DNA of 64,000 nt. Origin: Lingula anatina (taxonomy: Eukaryota; Animalia; Brachiopoda). This document shows positions 1 to 13,400 of the stretch, piece by piece; the first letter of the stretch is position 1; every line of letters begins with the position of its first letter. The notes under the pieces are model-generated. The model ran no database searches. It had not been told where the DNA came from and saw only the letters and a program-made list of their open reading frames with translations. The stretch spans positions 16,058,001-16,122,000 of the forward strand of contig CM120646.1 of NCBI GenBank assembly GCA_051362555.1. Direction: 5' to 3'. Position numbers and translations under genes: made by a program.

Positions 1-249
1 TGAACGACAACGAGCAACGATTTGAAATAAATCATTGCCACCCTTGCTGGTTTTAACGCTGCACCTTACATCAAATAACGGACCGCAGGATTTTCAGTTG
101 GCAGCAGTTAAGCTCGTTGATTGATGGCTTGAAATATAATAAACAATAGAATTGTGAACGGTAAGACGAAATAATCGATATTGCATGTTGCAGAAATACG
201 TAACATTTGTCATGACAAGCAGTACTGTTCAGAATGAGAAGCATCGTAC

Positions 250-1344
250 CTTGGCAACAAATGTCACGGTTAAGTTGGCGTTCACCGAGTTCAGAATAAT
301 GCCTATGGCGCCCTGCTGTTCATTCAGGACAGTGAAGTTAACGCCACTGGAAGCGTTTGTATCCAGCAGGTCCTGGATGCTGTCCCCGTGCCGCGAGGAA
401 ATGTTTATCACTATCTGGGTGTATTCACCTATGTTAACCCGATGTGATGGTGGTCCGATAACCACAGGGGGAAAATTACCTAGAAAACAATCCGAGGTGA
501 ACAGTCACAGTTACAAGTAAAAACCATATTTGATTTCAATAGGATAAACAAAGCAAATGGAGACACGACGCATTAAACAATATTGTTGTTAAATTCCGTT
601 CCTGAAATGTACTCCCAGGAGCTGTTAGCTATATATAGTTTAGACATTTAATTTCAATATTACGATTATGATTCATTTGATGCTTTAAATTTTGAAAGAA
701 ATTCAGTGATAAATTGAAAGCGCGCACAAACGTACCCAAATCTGCTACTGCTGCGTCAAACGCGACTTTCTCGGTTTTTGTGCTTTCGCCAAACGTTAGA
801 TCACCAGTCTGTGCTATGTCAAACAGACAAGGGGTGTAATCACCACACACTTCAAAAGCCTGCTGCTGTAGAGTCACATTATAAAAGGTAAAGTTTTCTG
901 TAAACATTGGGACGAAGTCTGGGTCATTGTATGTGGCATAGTCGTCGCCGTCTGCATAGCAGAAAGCACTCCCTGTTGGTCCGGAACCGTTGGTTACCAT
1001 CCCTGTGGATCATTAGGTTTATAAATACATTAGATTACATTGTTCTTAGAAACTCTTTTTGTCAAAAAGCGGATTAAGACGGGTTATTACTTTATCAAAA
1101 CCGAGTTTTTACATATGAGATTACTGTATTGTACAAAAATATCTAACCTCTTTTAATGAAACCCTATCTAACCTTGCGGCGAGGACAGTCAAAATACACC
1201 CCCCCCCCCTCCCCGCTCTAACACATATCGGATCTACTCAGCTAAGAGTGTCTTTTGGATGTGTAAGGTCGACTAATTGTCATGCAAGAGTGCAATCTCT
1301 CTCTCTCTCTCTCGATCGAAGCATATCAGAAAACGTGACATCAA

Positions 1345-1402
<58 letters not shown>

Positions 1403-4400
1403 AGGAGAGAGAGAGATGGCCCAAAGAAGTAGTTTTTTCAGTGTGGTCATGCTTTGCTAATATTCTTACACGTCAAACCAAAGAGTTTGTAAAAATCTTC
1501 TTCAGGTGATGTTATTGGTATTGCTGTGCCATTGAACGGTGTGAAATCGTCCGCCATATCTCCGTTCATTACTCCCACAAGCCCCCGCGTGCTATAGGAA
1601 AAATTGCTGGGGACATCAAGGACGACGGTCAACATACCCTGCAGGTAAGAGTCCATAATAATGTCAATTTAAAAATAGTTCACGCAAAACAATTATAGAC
1701 AATGTGACATGAATAGCCACTTATAGCTTTGACTAATAAACAGCGTTTATGTTATCTAATGCTTTATGTTTTAATTATTTAGATGTTGAAAAGGTATCTC
1801 TTCCATTAGTTCAAATACCTGGTGTCATATAAATGTACATGTACAAGCATGTACAAGACAAAACACAAATGCATCATAACCGTAACTATTCACACAACAC
1901 TCACATGTATGGCTTTCACAATGATGGCAATCCCGATATCGTATAACGCCTCTACGGAGTTGTTGTCCGACTTGGAGAGCAGTACACTTGCTGGGAGCAA
2001 AGGATGCGTACTGGGTTGGCTTGTATAGTTGCCAGTGTCTTGCAACGTGCAGTTCACATGCAGCTCCAGCTCTGACTGCGTGTTGTTTTTCAGGTTCATT
2101 TGGATACCTGACTGGTTGGCTACCTGTATGGCGACTGCGGTCAGTATCGTTGCCTGTCCAGTGCCTGGAATATGCGTTAAAAAGCTTATGAATTGGATAC
2201 TAAACGTAGGCATTAAAAAAAAACCCTGTTTGATAAATGGGGTTGGGGTGGGGGTTGGGGGTGGGGGTGGGGGGCTTTTACTTAAAAATTGTCAAATAAA
2301 TATCATTTCAAATTGCTTTTTATACCTTTGTGTGCTGTGAAGTTCAATTTGTGAAGTTCAATTTATAAAGCTGTCTTATTTTTGCATAATTTAAGTGATT
2401 CATTTAAATGCGACAAGCAATTTCGTTTTTATTTTTTATAATATGCTAATTTATGTATTTCCAATGTAAGTCCTGACACTGATAGTCCAGCTTACCTTGG
2501 GCCTTGGTCATTCTGCCTTGCATTTGCAGTTCACCATCATTTACGTCCACCAAAATGAATTCACCTTGGCCGTTAAAAGTGTAGTTCATACCGTCCAAGG
2601 TCATCAGGTGTGGATCTCCCCATATAAGAGCTGTTTGACCGAAAGTAAAAAAAAACACTGTAATACCATTAACGTAAATGGTCTGCTCAATAATTGTGCT
2701 TTATGAGTTGCGTTTTGCTTTATGATTTACCCCTTACACAGGATGTGTTGTTTTTCTATTTTAAAGACGTCACTATTTCATTTACCTCTGCTTGGTTGTG
2801 TATAGCCAGTACAGTCTCTTGGCGGCCTGTGGTAGTAATAGAGCTGACACAGACCGTAAGACAGAACGCAACAGTTCTCGAAGGCAGTTCTATCGTCGTT
2901 CTCGGTCTGGAGAATAAAACGAATTCAATACTATCTACTGCAACGCAAGGGTTCACGATATGTTAATCGATTAAACCAATTGGAAAATAAAATCACTTAT
3001 TTCTTTACAGCTAATATTTTGTATTAGTGATTGAAAGTGGGTGCGATTGTGTTTCTCACCTCAAACCTACCGGCATGAATATTATTAAATCTTCGGTCAC
3101 TAATGATGTCGGTGAAAGGGGACGAAAACAAACGGAAAATATCTTACCGATGCTACAACCAAGGCACCAGCCCGCGGCGCGTTCGTCAACAGAGAGCCAA
3201 AGTTCTTTGCCTCTGGATCATTTTCATAGCAGCACATCTGCCTCATGCCGGATTTCAGGAAAACTGTCGTATAGCACACCGTATGCCGGGTGGAATTCTC
3301 AAAACGGTAACTGAAAGTGAAATATTTAAGAACACGTAATTTTTTATAACATAAAAAACCTTGATTATTTAAGGAACAGGTTTTAGCCAGAAGAAATGAA
3401 CCTATCTTGAAAGATACAAGAATTAATCTTAAGTAAATGATCATGAGGATAGTTGAAAAGCTACGGGATTGTTGTATGTGTACACAGGGAAATACTCACC
3501 GTCTGTCATTCGATGCCTGTCCCTCCTGGCAGGGACAAGGATCTGTGATTGTATTCTCGCGAGAATATGACGTATTGGCCTCGTCCCGCCACCACTTGTA
3601 GCACTGTAACCAAGGTTCCGCTGTTCCACTGGAGTTGTCTAAGCGGAACGTGAAGGTGCCGATCTCTCCTAGTAAGAATATAAAGAGGTACGCTTATTTC
3701 ACATGTTGCCAGAATACCATCATAAAAACAAGAAATAATGAAAAGACACTGGTTAATGCCGTATAATTACAATTTCAACTATCATTTAAAATCGTCAAAA
3801 TTGCAGTTTCAAGAAGTGGAATCGATACTTCGTCTGCGTAATAGTAGTATTAAAATTCATTTTCGTTTTCCCGTGCGTAATTGATATAATATAGAAACAT
3901 TCCAATTTTTTGCCTTTTCCTTTAAGAAAAAATTTCAATTGTAGACCTTTTACACTCTTTTTTTTTCAGAAAAGTTCACTATTCTGTAACATATTTATAT
4001 GTAATATAAATTATTTCGATAAAATGACTCAAAAACCTCCTTTATTTACCCAGTTCACTGTAAATATGACGCTAAATCCTTCGTAGACTTATTTCCTTTT
4101 TAATAGAAACAGTCTTATGTTTTTATTATCAGCTAATAAAAATTAACATTCAGTACTATCAATACTTCATTTTAAAAAGAAACAAAAATAATACGACTGT
4201 CTTACCAGTATTACCAATTGCTGTATCTGCGTTAATCATACTAGATCGGCCGCTAGAAGGAATGTTTGCATAGTTTGCATACGTAGTGTTAGATCCGTCC
4301 CCGGCACTGAAGCCCGCCACGGGCAGATCACGTGTGTCCAGAGAGAAGGATCCGTATGTAGCCACACTGTAATCTGCAAGGGGTATTGCATTTAGCATAT

Positions 4401-7400
4401 GAAAAACCTTCTTTAAAAAGGAAATTATTTGGAACCACATTGCGTAAGTATTACGTAAATACGTAGGCTTATCCATGCTATCAACGACAAAATTTGTTGT
4501 GAATATACAGTTAAGGCATTGATACCTAAAACAATAAATGCTAAATTAGCCACTAAGTCTTTTAAAAATCACTTTTATAGTTGCGATGAGACATTGACGA
4601 CCTACTTTTAGCATTTTTTGATTATCAAAATTTACTTTGTCAGTTGTATATCAATATTCCATAAAACAATTGTGCTTTATTTTTTCCATTTATAAATTAT
4701 ATTTCAATTAAATCAAATTAATGAAACACATTTCCTTTGACACGCATACCTTCGAAAAACCAATTGATGCCGCCGTTGGGGTATATGAATTTGACTGCAG
4801 AATATTGTCCGTCAGTCGCCAAAACTGCTTGGAAATGGTTTACCTATAAATTTTACGCAGTGATTATCCACAGCACAGATTATTAGTCATATATACATGT
4901 ACATTAACCATCAATTATTTTAAAATTTATTACTGCACTTAATGAACAAATAAACGTGAAAATAGTAGACATTCGCTTGGCATTCCAAATAATTAGTAAA
5001 ATATCAGATTTATTGTCCATTGTATTTTTGTAAAACCGTATACATTTCAAATGTTATATTAAAAATACGGTGGGCATGCCCGTGAACAAAATAATGAACA
5101 AATAGTTAAAATCATAGTAACGTACCACAGATTTCTATGTGGAATGTGTGAAAATAATTACGAACTGACATTTTTTTATGAAAAGTGATATATAAATAAA
5201 ATTACCGGTAAACCTGGTGCTTCACTGGCACATCGAGAGCACCATGAGTTGGCAGCACAGTTGGTTGAATTGAAATCCCAGAGTTCATAGCAAGAGCAAC
5301 CTGTGTATGGCGGGAGATACGTCCAAGTGACCACCAGTACCCACAGGGCAGAGAAACCTGCAAGCACACGTTAAGATAAAACAACACGTCATACTTGTTT
5401 TGAAACACGAACCACTTAAGTGTACTTTTGTAGAGTAAAAGTTTCACAGGGAAAGTGACGATAGTGTCACTGTTCCATTGTACCTGTAGTTGGTATTTAA
5501 GGAAGGGAAGTACAGGTACATGTAATTGTAGTGCACGTACTAGTCACTATACTTACTAGGAGGAAGTTGGAGCGTGGTGTTATTTCGAACATTTAGTGAC
5601 ACTCTTTGGATAATTTCATCAGTGCCATTCTTCCCATCTCCCTTTTCATACGTTTGGTAATACACCTGGGGGATACGAATGAACAAAACATCAATAACAC
5701 CGCTGTTGTGCGAATGGCACTAGTTTCCGTGTGGTGTCTTCAAGGTGAAGATCAGGATAGTGATTTCAAGAGATATCAATACGATGTCTTTCACAGTGCC
5801 ATTTACTAACATTTCAAACACGGGCCGGTCAAATTGTAACTTACAAAACGTACCAAAACATGTAAAAGTGTTGACTGTCTTTTAAGGAGAGACTTGTCTT
5901 TGAAAACCGCAACGTACAGTAGGGCACAGACCTGCGGCGGGTGAACGATTTCCTACACGCCTTACCTCAGTCTTTCTCTGGTTATCAAAACACTCCAACG
6001 AGGAAGCATCACTTCGCGACCAGAATGGCGCTACTGTCGCTTCTGTGTTCATCCAGCTGCGGGAGCCGAACCTTGAAGGCCACACGTTCTTCCATTTGTT
6101 GTTGAATTGAAGAATACCGTTGTCACATATCTAAATGCAAAGTATGGCAATGTCAAAACATTAGATGCTACTAAATGCAATCAAAAACAAAAAATGTTAC
6201 TTAAAAATTCACTGGTGATTTTAATACTACATTGGAAATTTATGAGAGTGTCATGTGTATTTGATAAACACATCAAATGTATACCTAATATTGTCACATG
6301 ACAGAATGAATCATAAGCGCTTTATGGTAGAGAATGGGCTGATAATACTTGACAGCTGACAATCACTGCCTTTTTATTTTTATTTTATTTTCTGGCGAGT
6401 CGACAGCATTGCAGTGCTAAAATGTTTCTAAAAAAAAAGTCCCTTACGTGAACTCTATCATGTCTGGCGTTGTAGATTGGAAACCCTTCTTCCAAAGTCT
6501 TCACCTCAAGACATCGGAGTTGCCAAGATCTCCAGGTGTCCATTCCTCCAGGCGGAGAACGCATAGTGTAATCACCTGCAGCTGTCCCGAAAGGATACAG
6601 TTTGGTATCACTGAGCATGCCGAAAGTTGTGCTACTATATGGTGTTGTGTCTGTACCTGTGGTAACAGTGGATGCTGTGATGTCTGCATAGCTTGTAGAC
6701 GTAGGGGTTGCTGTTTCCGTTTCAGCTGTCATATTATTTGTCACGGAAAGCACTGATGTTCTTGCATTTGTTGTCCCAACAAACGTTGTTTCTGTACCAG
6801 ACGTTGTTTGTATATCTGTTTTAAAAGCTGAAGTTGTTGCTAATTCAGTTGTCACAGAAAACTCAGCACTTGCCGTACTATAGGCCGTAGTTTCTGCATC
6901 GGTTGTCATGGGAGCCGTTGTTGTTGCTACATCGGTTGAAACAACACACTTTGCAACTGTTTTTGTTGTCACAGATGGCACTATAGTTACTGCATCAGTC
7001 ATTACAGTAGACGTAGTTGCTGCTGCATCAGTTGTCACAGTTGTTTCTGCGCTAGTTGATAAAAGAGTCGTTGTGGTTCCTGAATCAGTCGTTACTGTTG
7101 TTATTGTATCTGTCGCTACTGATGTTACAGCATCAGTTATTAAGTCAGATGTTGTAGTTTCTGCATCAGTTGTTAAGGTTAACGTTGTACTAACTGCGTC
7201 AGTCGATACTGTAGACGTTGTTGTTGATGACTCGGTTTTCACAGTTGTATCATCATCCGTTGTTAAAATAGACGCTGCAGTTTCGGCATCAGTTGTGGAA
7301 GCAGACGTTGTAGTTACTGCATCAGTCGTTATAGTAGACGTTCCTGTTGCAGCATCAGTTGTCACAATTGTTTCTGCGTTAGTTGATAAAACAGACAATG

Positions 7401-10400
7401 TAGTTTCTACTTCAGTCGTTACTGTTGACGCTGTTTTTGATGCATCAGATGTCACTGTTGTTTCTGCATCATTTGATAAAACGGACGTTGTAGTTTCTGC
7501 ATCAGTTGTTGAAGCAAACGTTGTAGTTATTGCATCAGTCGTTACTGTAGACGCTGTTGTTGCTGCATCAGTTGTCACAGTTGTTTCTGCGTTAGTTGAT
7601 AAAAGAGTCGTTGTAGTTTCTACATCAGTCGTTACCGTAGGTGTCGTTGTTATTGTATCTGTTGCTACTGATGTTATAGCATCAGTTACTAAATCAGATG
7701 TTGTAGTTTCTGCATTAGTTGTTAAGGGAAACGTTGTTGTAACTGCATCAGTCGTTACTGTAGACGTTGTTGTTGCTGCATCAGTTGTCACAGTTGTTTC
7801 AGGATCAGATGCTAAAACAGACGTTGTAGTTTCTACATCAGTTGTTGGAGCAGACGTAGGTACAGCATCAGTCGTAACAGTAGACGTTGTTGCTGCGTCA
7901 GTTGTCAAAGTTGTTTGTGCGTTAGTTGATAAAACAAACGTAGTCTCTGCATCAGTTGTTGAAGAAGATTTTGTATTAACTGCATCAGTCGATACTGTTG
8001 ACTCTGTTGTTGCTGCTTCTGTTGTCACATATTTTTCTGCATCAGATGTTACATCAGACGTTGTAGTTTCTGCATCACTTGTTAAAGCAGACGTTGAAGT
8101 TACTGCATCAGTCGTTACTGTAGACGCTGTTGTTGATGCCTCGGTTTTTACAGTTGTTTCAGCATCAGTTGTTGAAATAGAAGTTGTAGTTTCTGAATCA
8201 TTCATTAATGTAGACGCCGTTGTTGATGCATCAGTTGTCACAGTTGTTTCTGCGTTAGTTGATAAAACAGACGTTGTAGTTTCTACATCAGTTGTTGCAG
8301 CAGACGTAGGTACAGCATCAGTCGTTACAGTAGACGTTGTTGCTGCGTCAGTTGTCTCAGTTGTATCTGTGTTAGTTGATAAAACAGACATTGTAGTTTC
8401 TGAATCAATCATTACCGTAGACGCTGTTGTTGAAGCCTCCGTTTTTACAGTTGTTTCAGCATCAGTTGTTAAAATAGAAGTTGTAGTTTCTGAATCATTC
8501 GTTAATGTAGACGCCGTTGTTGATGCATCAGTTGTCACAGTTGTTTCTGCGTCAGTTGATAAAACAGACGTCCTAGTTTCTACATCAGTTGTTGGAGCAG
8601 ACGTAGGTACAGCATCAGTCGTAACAGTAGACGTTGTTGCTGCGTCAGTTGTCTCAGTTGTATCTGTGTTAGTTGATAAAATAGACGTTGTAGTTTCTAA
8701 ATCAGTCATTACTGTAGACGCTGTTGTTGAAGCCTCGGTTTTTACAGTTGTTTCATCATCAGTTGTTGAAATAGAAGTTGTAGTTTCTGAATCATTCGTT
8801 AATGTAGACGTTGTTGTTACTGCATCAGATGTTACAAAATTTTCTGCGTCATGTGATAAAACGGACGTTGTAGTTTCTGCATCAGTTGTTAAAGCTGATG
8901 ATGTAGTTTCTGCATCAGTCGTTACAGTAGACGTAATTATCTCTGCATCAGTTGTCAGAGTTGTTTCTGCGTTAGTTGAAAAAAAAGTCGTTGTAGTTTC
9001 TGTATCAGTCGTTACAGTAGATGTCGTTGTTACTGTGCCTGTTGATACAGATGTTTCAGTATCAGTTATTAAATCAGGTGTTGTACTTTCTGCATCAGTC
9101 GGTAGGGTAAAGGTTGTCGTAACTATATCAGTCGTTTCTGTAGACGTTGTTGTTGATGCCTCGGTTTTCAGAGTTGTTTCAGCATCAGTTGTTAAAACAA
9201 ACGTTGTAGTTACTGCCTTAGTCGTTAACATAGACGCCGTTGTTGCTGCATCAGTTGTCACAGATGTGTCGGGATCAGATGTTAAAACAGACGTTGCAGT
9301 TTCTGCCTCAGTTGTTAAAGCAGAAGTTGTAGATACTGCATCAGTCTTTACAGTAGACGTTGCTGCTGCATCAGTTGTCAAAGTTGTTTCTGCGTTAGTT
9401 GATAAAACAGTACTCTCTGCATCAGTTGTTGAAACAGGTTTTGTAGTTACTGCATCAGTCAATACTGTTGACTCTGTTGTTGCTGCTTCTGTTGTCACTG
9501 ATATTTCTGCATCAGACGTTACATCAGACGTTGCAGTTTCTGCATCACTTATTGAAGCAGACGTTTTAGTTACTGCATCTGTCGTTACTGTAGACGCTGT
9601 TGTTGATGCCTCGGTTTTAACAGTTGCTTCAGCATCAGTTGTTGAAATAGAAGTTGTAGTTTCTGAATCATTCATTAATGTAGACGCCGTTGTTGATGCA
9701 TCAGTTGTCATAGTTGTTTCTGCGTTAGGTGATAAAACAGACGTTGTAGTTTCTACATCAGTTGTTGCAGCAGACGTAGGTACAGCATCAATCGTTACAG
9801 TAGACGTTGTTGCTGCGTTAGTTGTCTCAGTTGTTTCAGCATCAGTTGTTAAGGTTAACGTTGTAGTTACTGCATTAGTTATTGAAGTAGAAGTTGTAGT
9901 TACTTCATCAGTCGTTACAGTAGACATTGTTGCTGCATCAGTTGTCTCAGTTGTTTCTTCGTTAGTTGATGAAACAGATGTAGTCTCTGCATCATTTGTT
10001 GAAGCAGACGTAGCTACTGCATCAGTCGTTACTGTAGACGTTGATGTTGATGCCTCGGTTTTTACAGTTTTTTCAGCATCAGTTGTTAAGGTTAACGTTG
10101 TAGTTACTGCATCAGTTATTGAAGCAGACGTTGTAGTTACTTCATCAGACGTTACAGTAGACATTGTTGCTGCATCAGTTGTCATAGTTGTTTCTGCGTT
10201 AGTTGATAAAACAGACGTCGTAGTTTCTACATCAGTTGTTGAAGCAGACGTAGGTACAGCATCAGTCGTTACAGTAGACGTTGTTGCTGCGTCAGTTGTC
10301 TCAGTTGTTTCAGGATCAGTTGTTAAGGTTAACGTAGTAGTTACTGCATCAGTTATTGAAGTAGAAGTTGTAGTTACTTCATCAGTCGTTACAGTAGACA

Positions 10401-13400
10401 TTGTTGCTGCATCAGTTGTCTCAGTTGTTTCTGCGTTAGTTGATGAAACAGATGTAGTCTCTGCATCATTTGTTGAAGCAGACGTAGCTACCGCATCAGT
10501 CGTTACTGTAGACGTTGTTGTTGATGCCTCGGTTTTCACAGTTGTTTCAGCATCAGTTGTTAAGGTTAACGTTGTAGTTACTGCATCAGTTATTAAAGTA
10601 GAAGTTGTAGTTACTTCATCAGACGTTACAGTAGACATTGTTGCTGCATCAGTTGTCATAGTTGTTTCTGCGTTAGTTGATAAAAGAGTCGTTGCAGTTT
10701 CTGCATCAGTCGTTACTGTAGACGCTGTTGTTGATGCATCAGATGTCAAAGTTGTTTCAGTATCAATTATTAAATCAGAAGTTGTAGTGTCTGCATCATT
10801 CATTACCGTATATACTGTTTTTGATGTTTCAGTTGTTTCTGCGTCAATTGACAAAACGGACGTTGTAGTTACTGCACCAGTTGTTGATACAGACTTTGTA
10901 GTTACTGAATCAGTCGTTACAGTAGACGTTGTAGTATCTGCATCAGGTGTCAAAGTTGTTTCTGCGTTAGTTAATAAAACAGACGTTGTATCTGCATCAG
11001 TTGTTAAAGCAGGTTTTGTGGTTAGTGCGTCAGACGTTACAGTAGACGTTGTTGTTGCTGCTGCATCAGTTGTAACAGATGTTTCAGCAATAGATGTTAA
11101 ATCAAATGATGTTGTTTCTGCATCAGTTGTTGAAGTAGACGTAGTTGTTTCTGGATCAGTTGTCACAGTTGTTTCTGCGTTAGTTGATACACCAGACGTT
11201 GTAATTCCTGCATCAGTTGTTGAAGTAGAGGTTGTAGTTACTGCATCAGTCGTTACGGTAGACGTTGTTGTTGCTGCATCAGTTGTCTTAGTTGTTTCTG
11301 TGTTAGTTGATAAAAGAGTTGTTGTAGTTTCTGTATCAGTCGTTACCGTAGATGGCGTTGTTACTGTCCCTGTTGATACAGATGTTACAGTATCAGTTAT
11401 TAAATCAGATGTTGTACTTTCTGCATCAGTCGTTAAGGTTAACGTTGTTGTAACTGTATCAGTCGTTACTGAAGACGTTGTTGTTGATGCCTCGGTTTTC
11501 AGAGTTGTTTCAGCATCAGTTGTTAAAACAGAGGTTGTAGTTTCTGCATTACTCGTTACTGTAAACGCCGTTGTTGATGCATCAGTTTTCACAGTTGTTT
11601 CAGTATGAAATATTAAATCAGCCGTTGTAGTTTCTGCATCAGTTGTTGAAACAGATGTTGTAGTTTCTGCATCAGTCGTTACTGTAGACGCGGTTGTTGA
11701 TGTCTCGGTTTTTACAGTCGTTTCAGCATCAGTTGTTGAAATGGATGTTATAGTTTCTGGATCATTTGTTGAAGTAGACAAAGTTGTTTCTGGATCAGTT
11801 GTTGACATAGACGTTGTGGTTACTGTATCGGTCGTTACAGCGGACGTTGTAGTTTCTACATCAGTTGTTGACATAGACGGTGTGGTTACTGTATCGGTCG
11901 TTACAGCAGACGGTGTTGTTGCTGCATCAGTTGCCACAGTTGTTTCAGTATCAGTTGTTAAAATAGATGTTGTAGTTTCTGCAGCATTCGTTAATGTAGA
12001 CGCCGTTGTTGCTTCATCAGTTGTTACAAAACTTTCTGCGTCATGTGATAAAACGGACGTTGTAGTTTCTGCATCAGTTGTCAGAGTTGTTTCTGCATTA
12101 GTTGATGAAGCAAATGTTGTAGATTCTGCATTACTCGTTACTGTAGATGCTGTTGTTGATGCATCAGTTGTTAAAACAGACGTTGTAGTTTCTGCATCAG
12201 TTTTTGAGGTAGACGCTGTAGTTACTGCATCAGTCGTTACAGTAGACGCTGTTGTAGCTGCATCAGTTTTAACAGATGTTTCAGCAATAGATGTTAAATC
12301 AGATGTTGTTGTTTCTGCATAAGTTGTTGCAGTAGACGTAGTTGTTTCTGGATCAGTTGTTACAGTTGTTTCTGCGTTAGTTGATGAAACAGACGTTAAA
12401 TTTCCTGCATCAGTTGTTGACATAGACGTTGTGGTTACTGCATCGGTCGTTACAGCGGACGTTGTTGTTGCTGCATCAGTTGTCATAGTTGTTTCAGCAT
12501 CAGTTGTTGGAATAGATGTTGTGGCTTCTGCAGCATTCGTATATGTAGACGCCGTTACTGCTTCATTAGTTGTTACAAAACTTTCTGCGTCATGTGATAA
12601 AACGGACGTTGTAGTTACTGCATCAGTTGTTGAAGTAGAGGTTGTAGTTACTGCATCAGACGTTACAGTAGACGTTGTTGCTGCATCAGTTGTCACAGTT
12701 GTTTCTGCGTAAGTTGATGAATCAGATGTTGTAGATTTTGCATTACTCGTTACTATAGACGCTGTTGCTGATGCATCAGTTGTCACAGAATTTTCACCAA
12801 CAGATGTTAAGTCAGATATTGTAGATTCTGCATCACTTGTTGAAGTAGACGTAGTTGTCTCTTGATCAATTGTCACAGGTGTTTCTGCGTTAGTTGATAA
12901 AACAGATGTTGTAGTTTCTACATCAGTTGTTGACATAGACGTTGTGTTTACTGCATCGGTCGTTACAGCGGACGTTGTTGTTGCTGCATCAGTTGTCATA
13001 GTTGTTTCAGAATCAGTTGTTGAAATAGATGTTGTAGTTTCTGGATCATTTGTTGAAGTAGACGTAGTTGTTTCTGGATCAGTTGTTGACATAGACCTTG
13101 TGGTTACTGTATCGGTCGTTACGGCGGACGTTATAGTTTCTGCATCAGTTGTTGACATAGACGTTGTGGTTACTGTATCTGTCATTACAGCAGACGGTGT
13201 TGTTGCTGCATCAGTTGTCACAGTTGTTTCAGTATAAGTTGTTAAAATAGATGTTGTAGTTTCTGCAGCATTCGTTAATGTAGACGCGGTTGTTGATGAC
13301 TCGGTTTTTACAGTTGTTTCAGCATCAGTTGTTGAAATGGATGTTATAGTTTCTGGATCATTTGTTGAAGTAGACGTAGTTGTTTCTGGATCAGTTGTTA

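Noticed and set aside
1-135. Possible next mucin exon at the left edge
   Set aside because: Weak AAG acceptor, and the translation lacks the expected EGF-like pattern; the gene probably continues outside the window.
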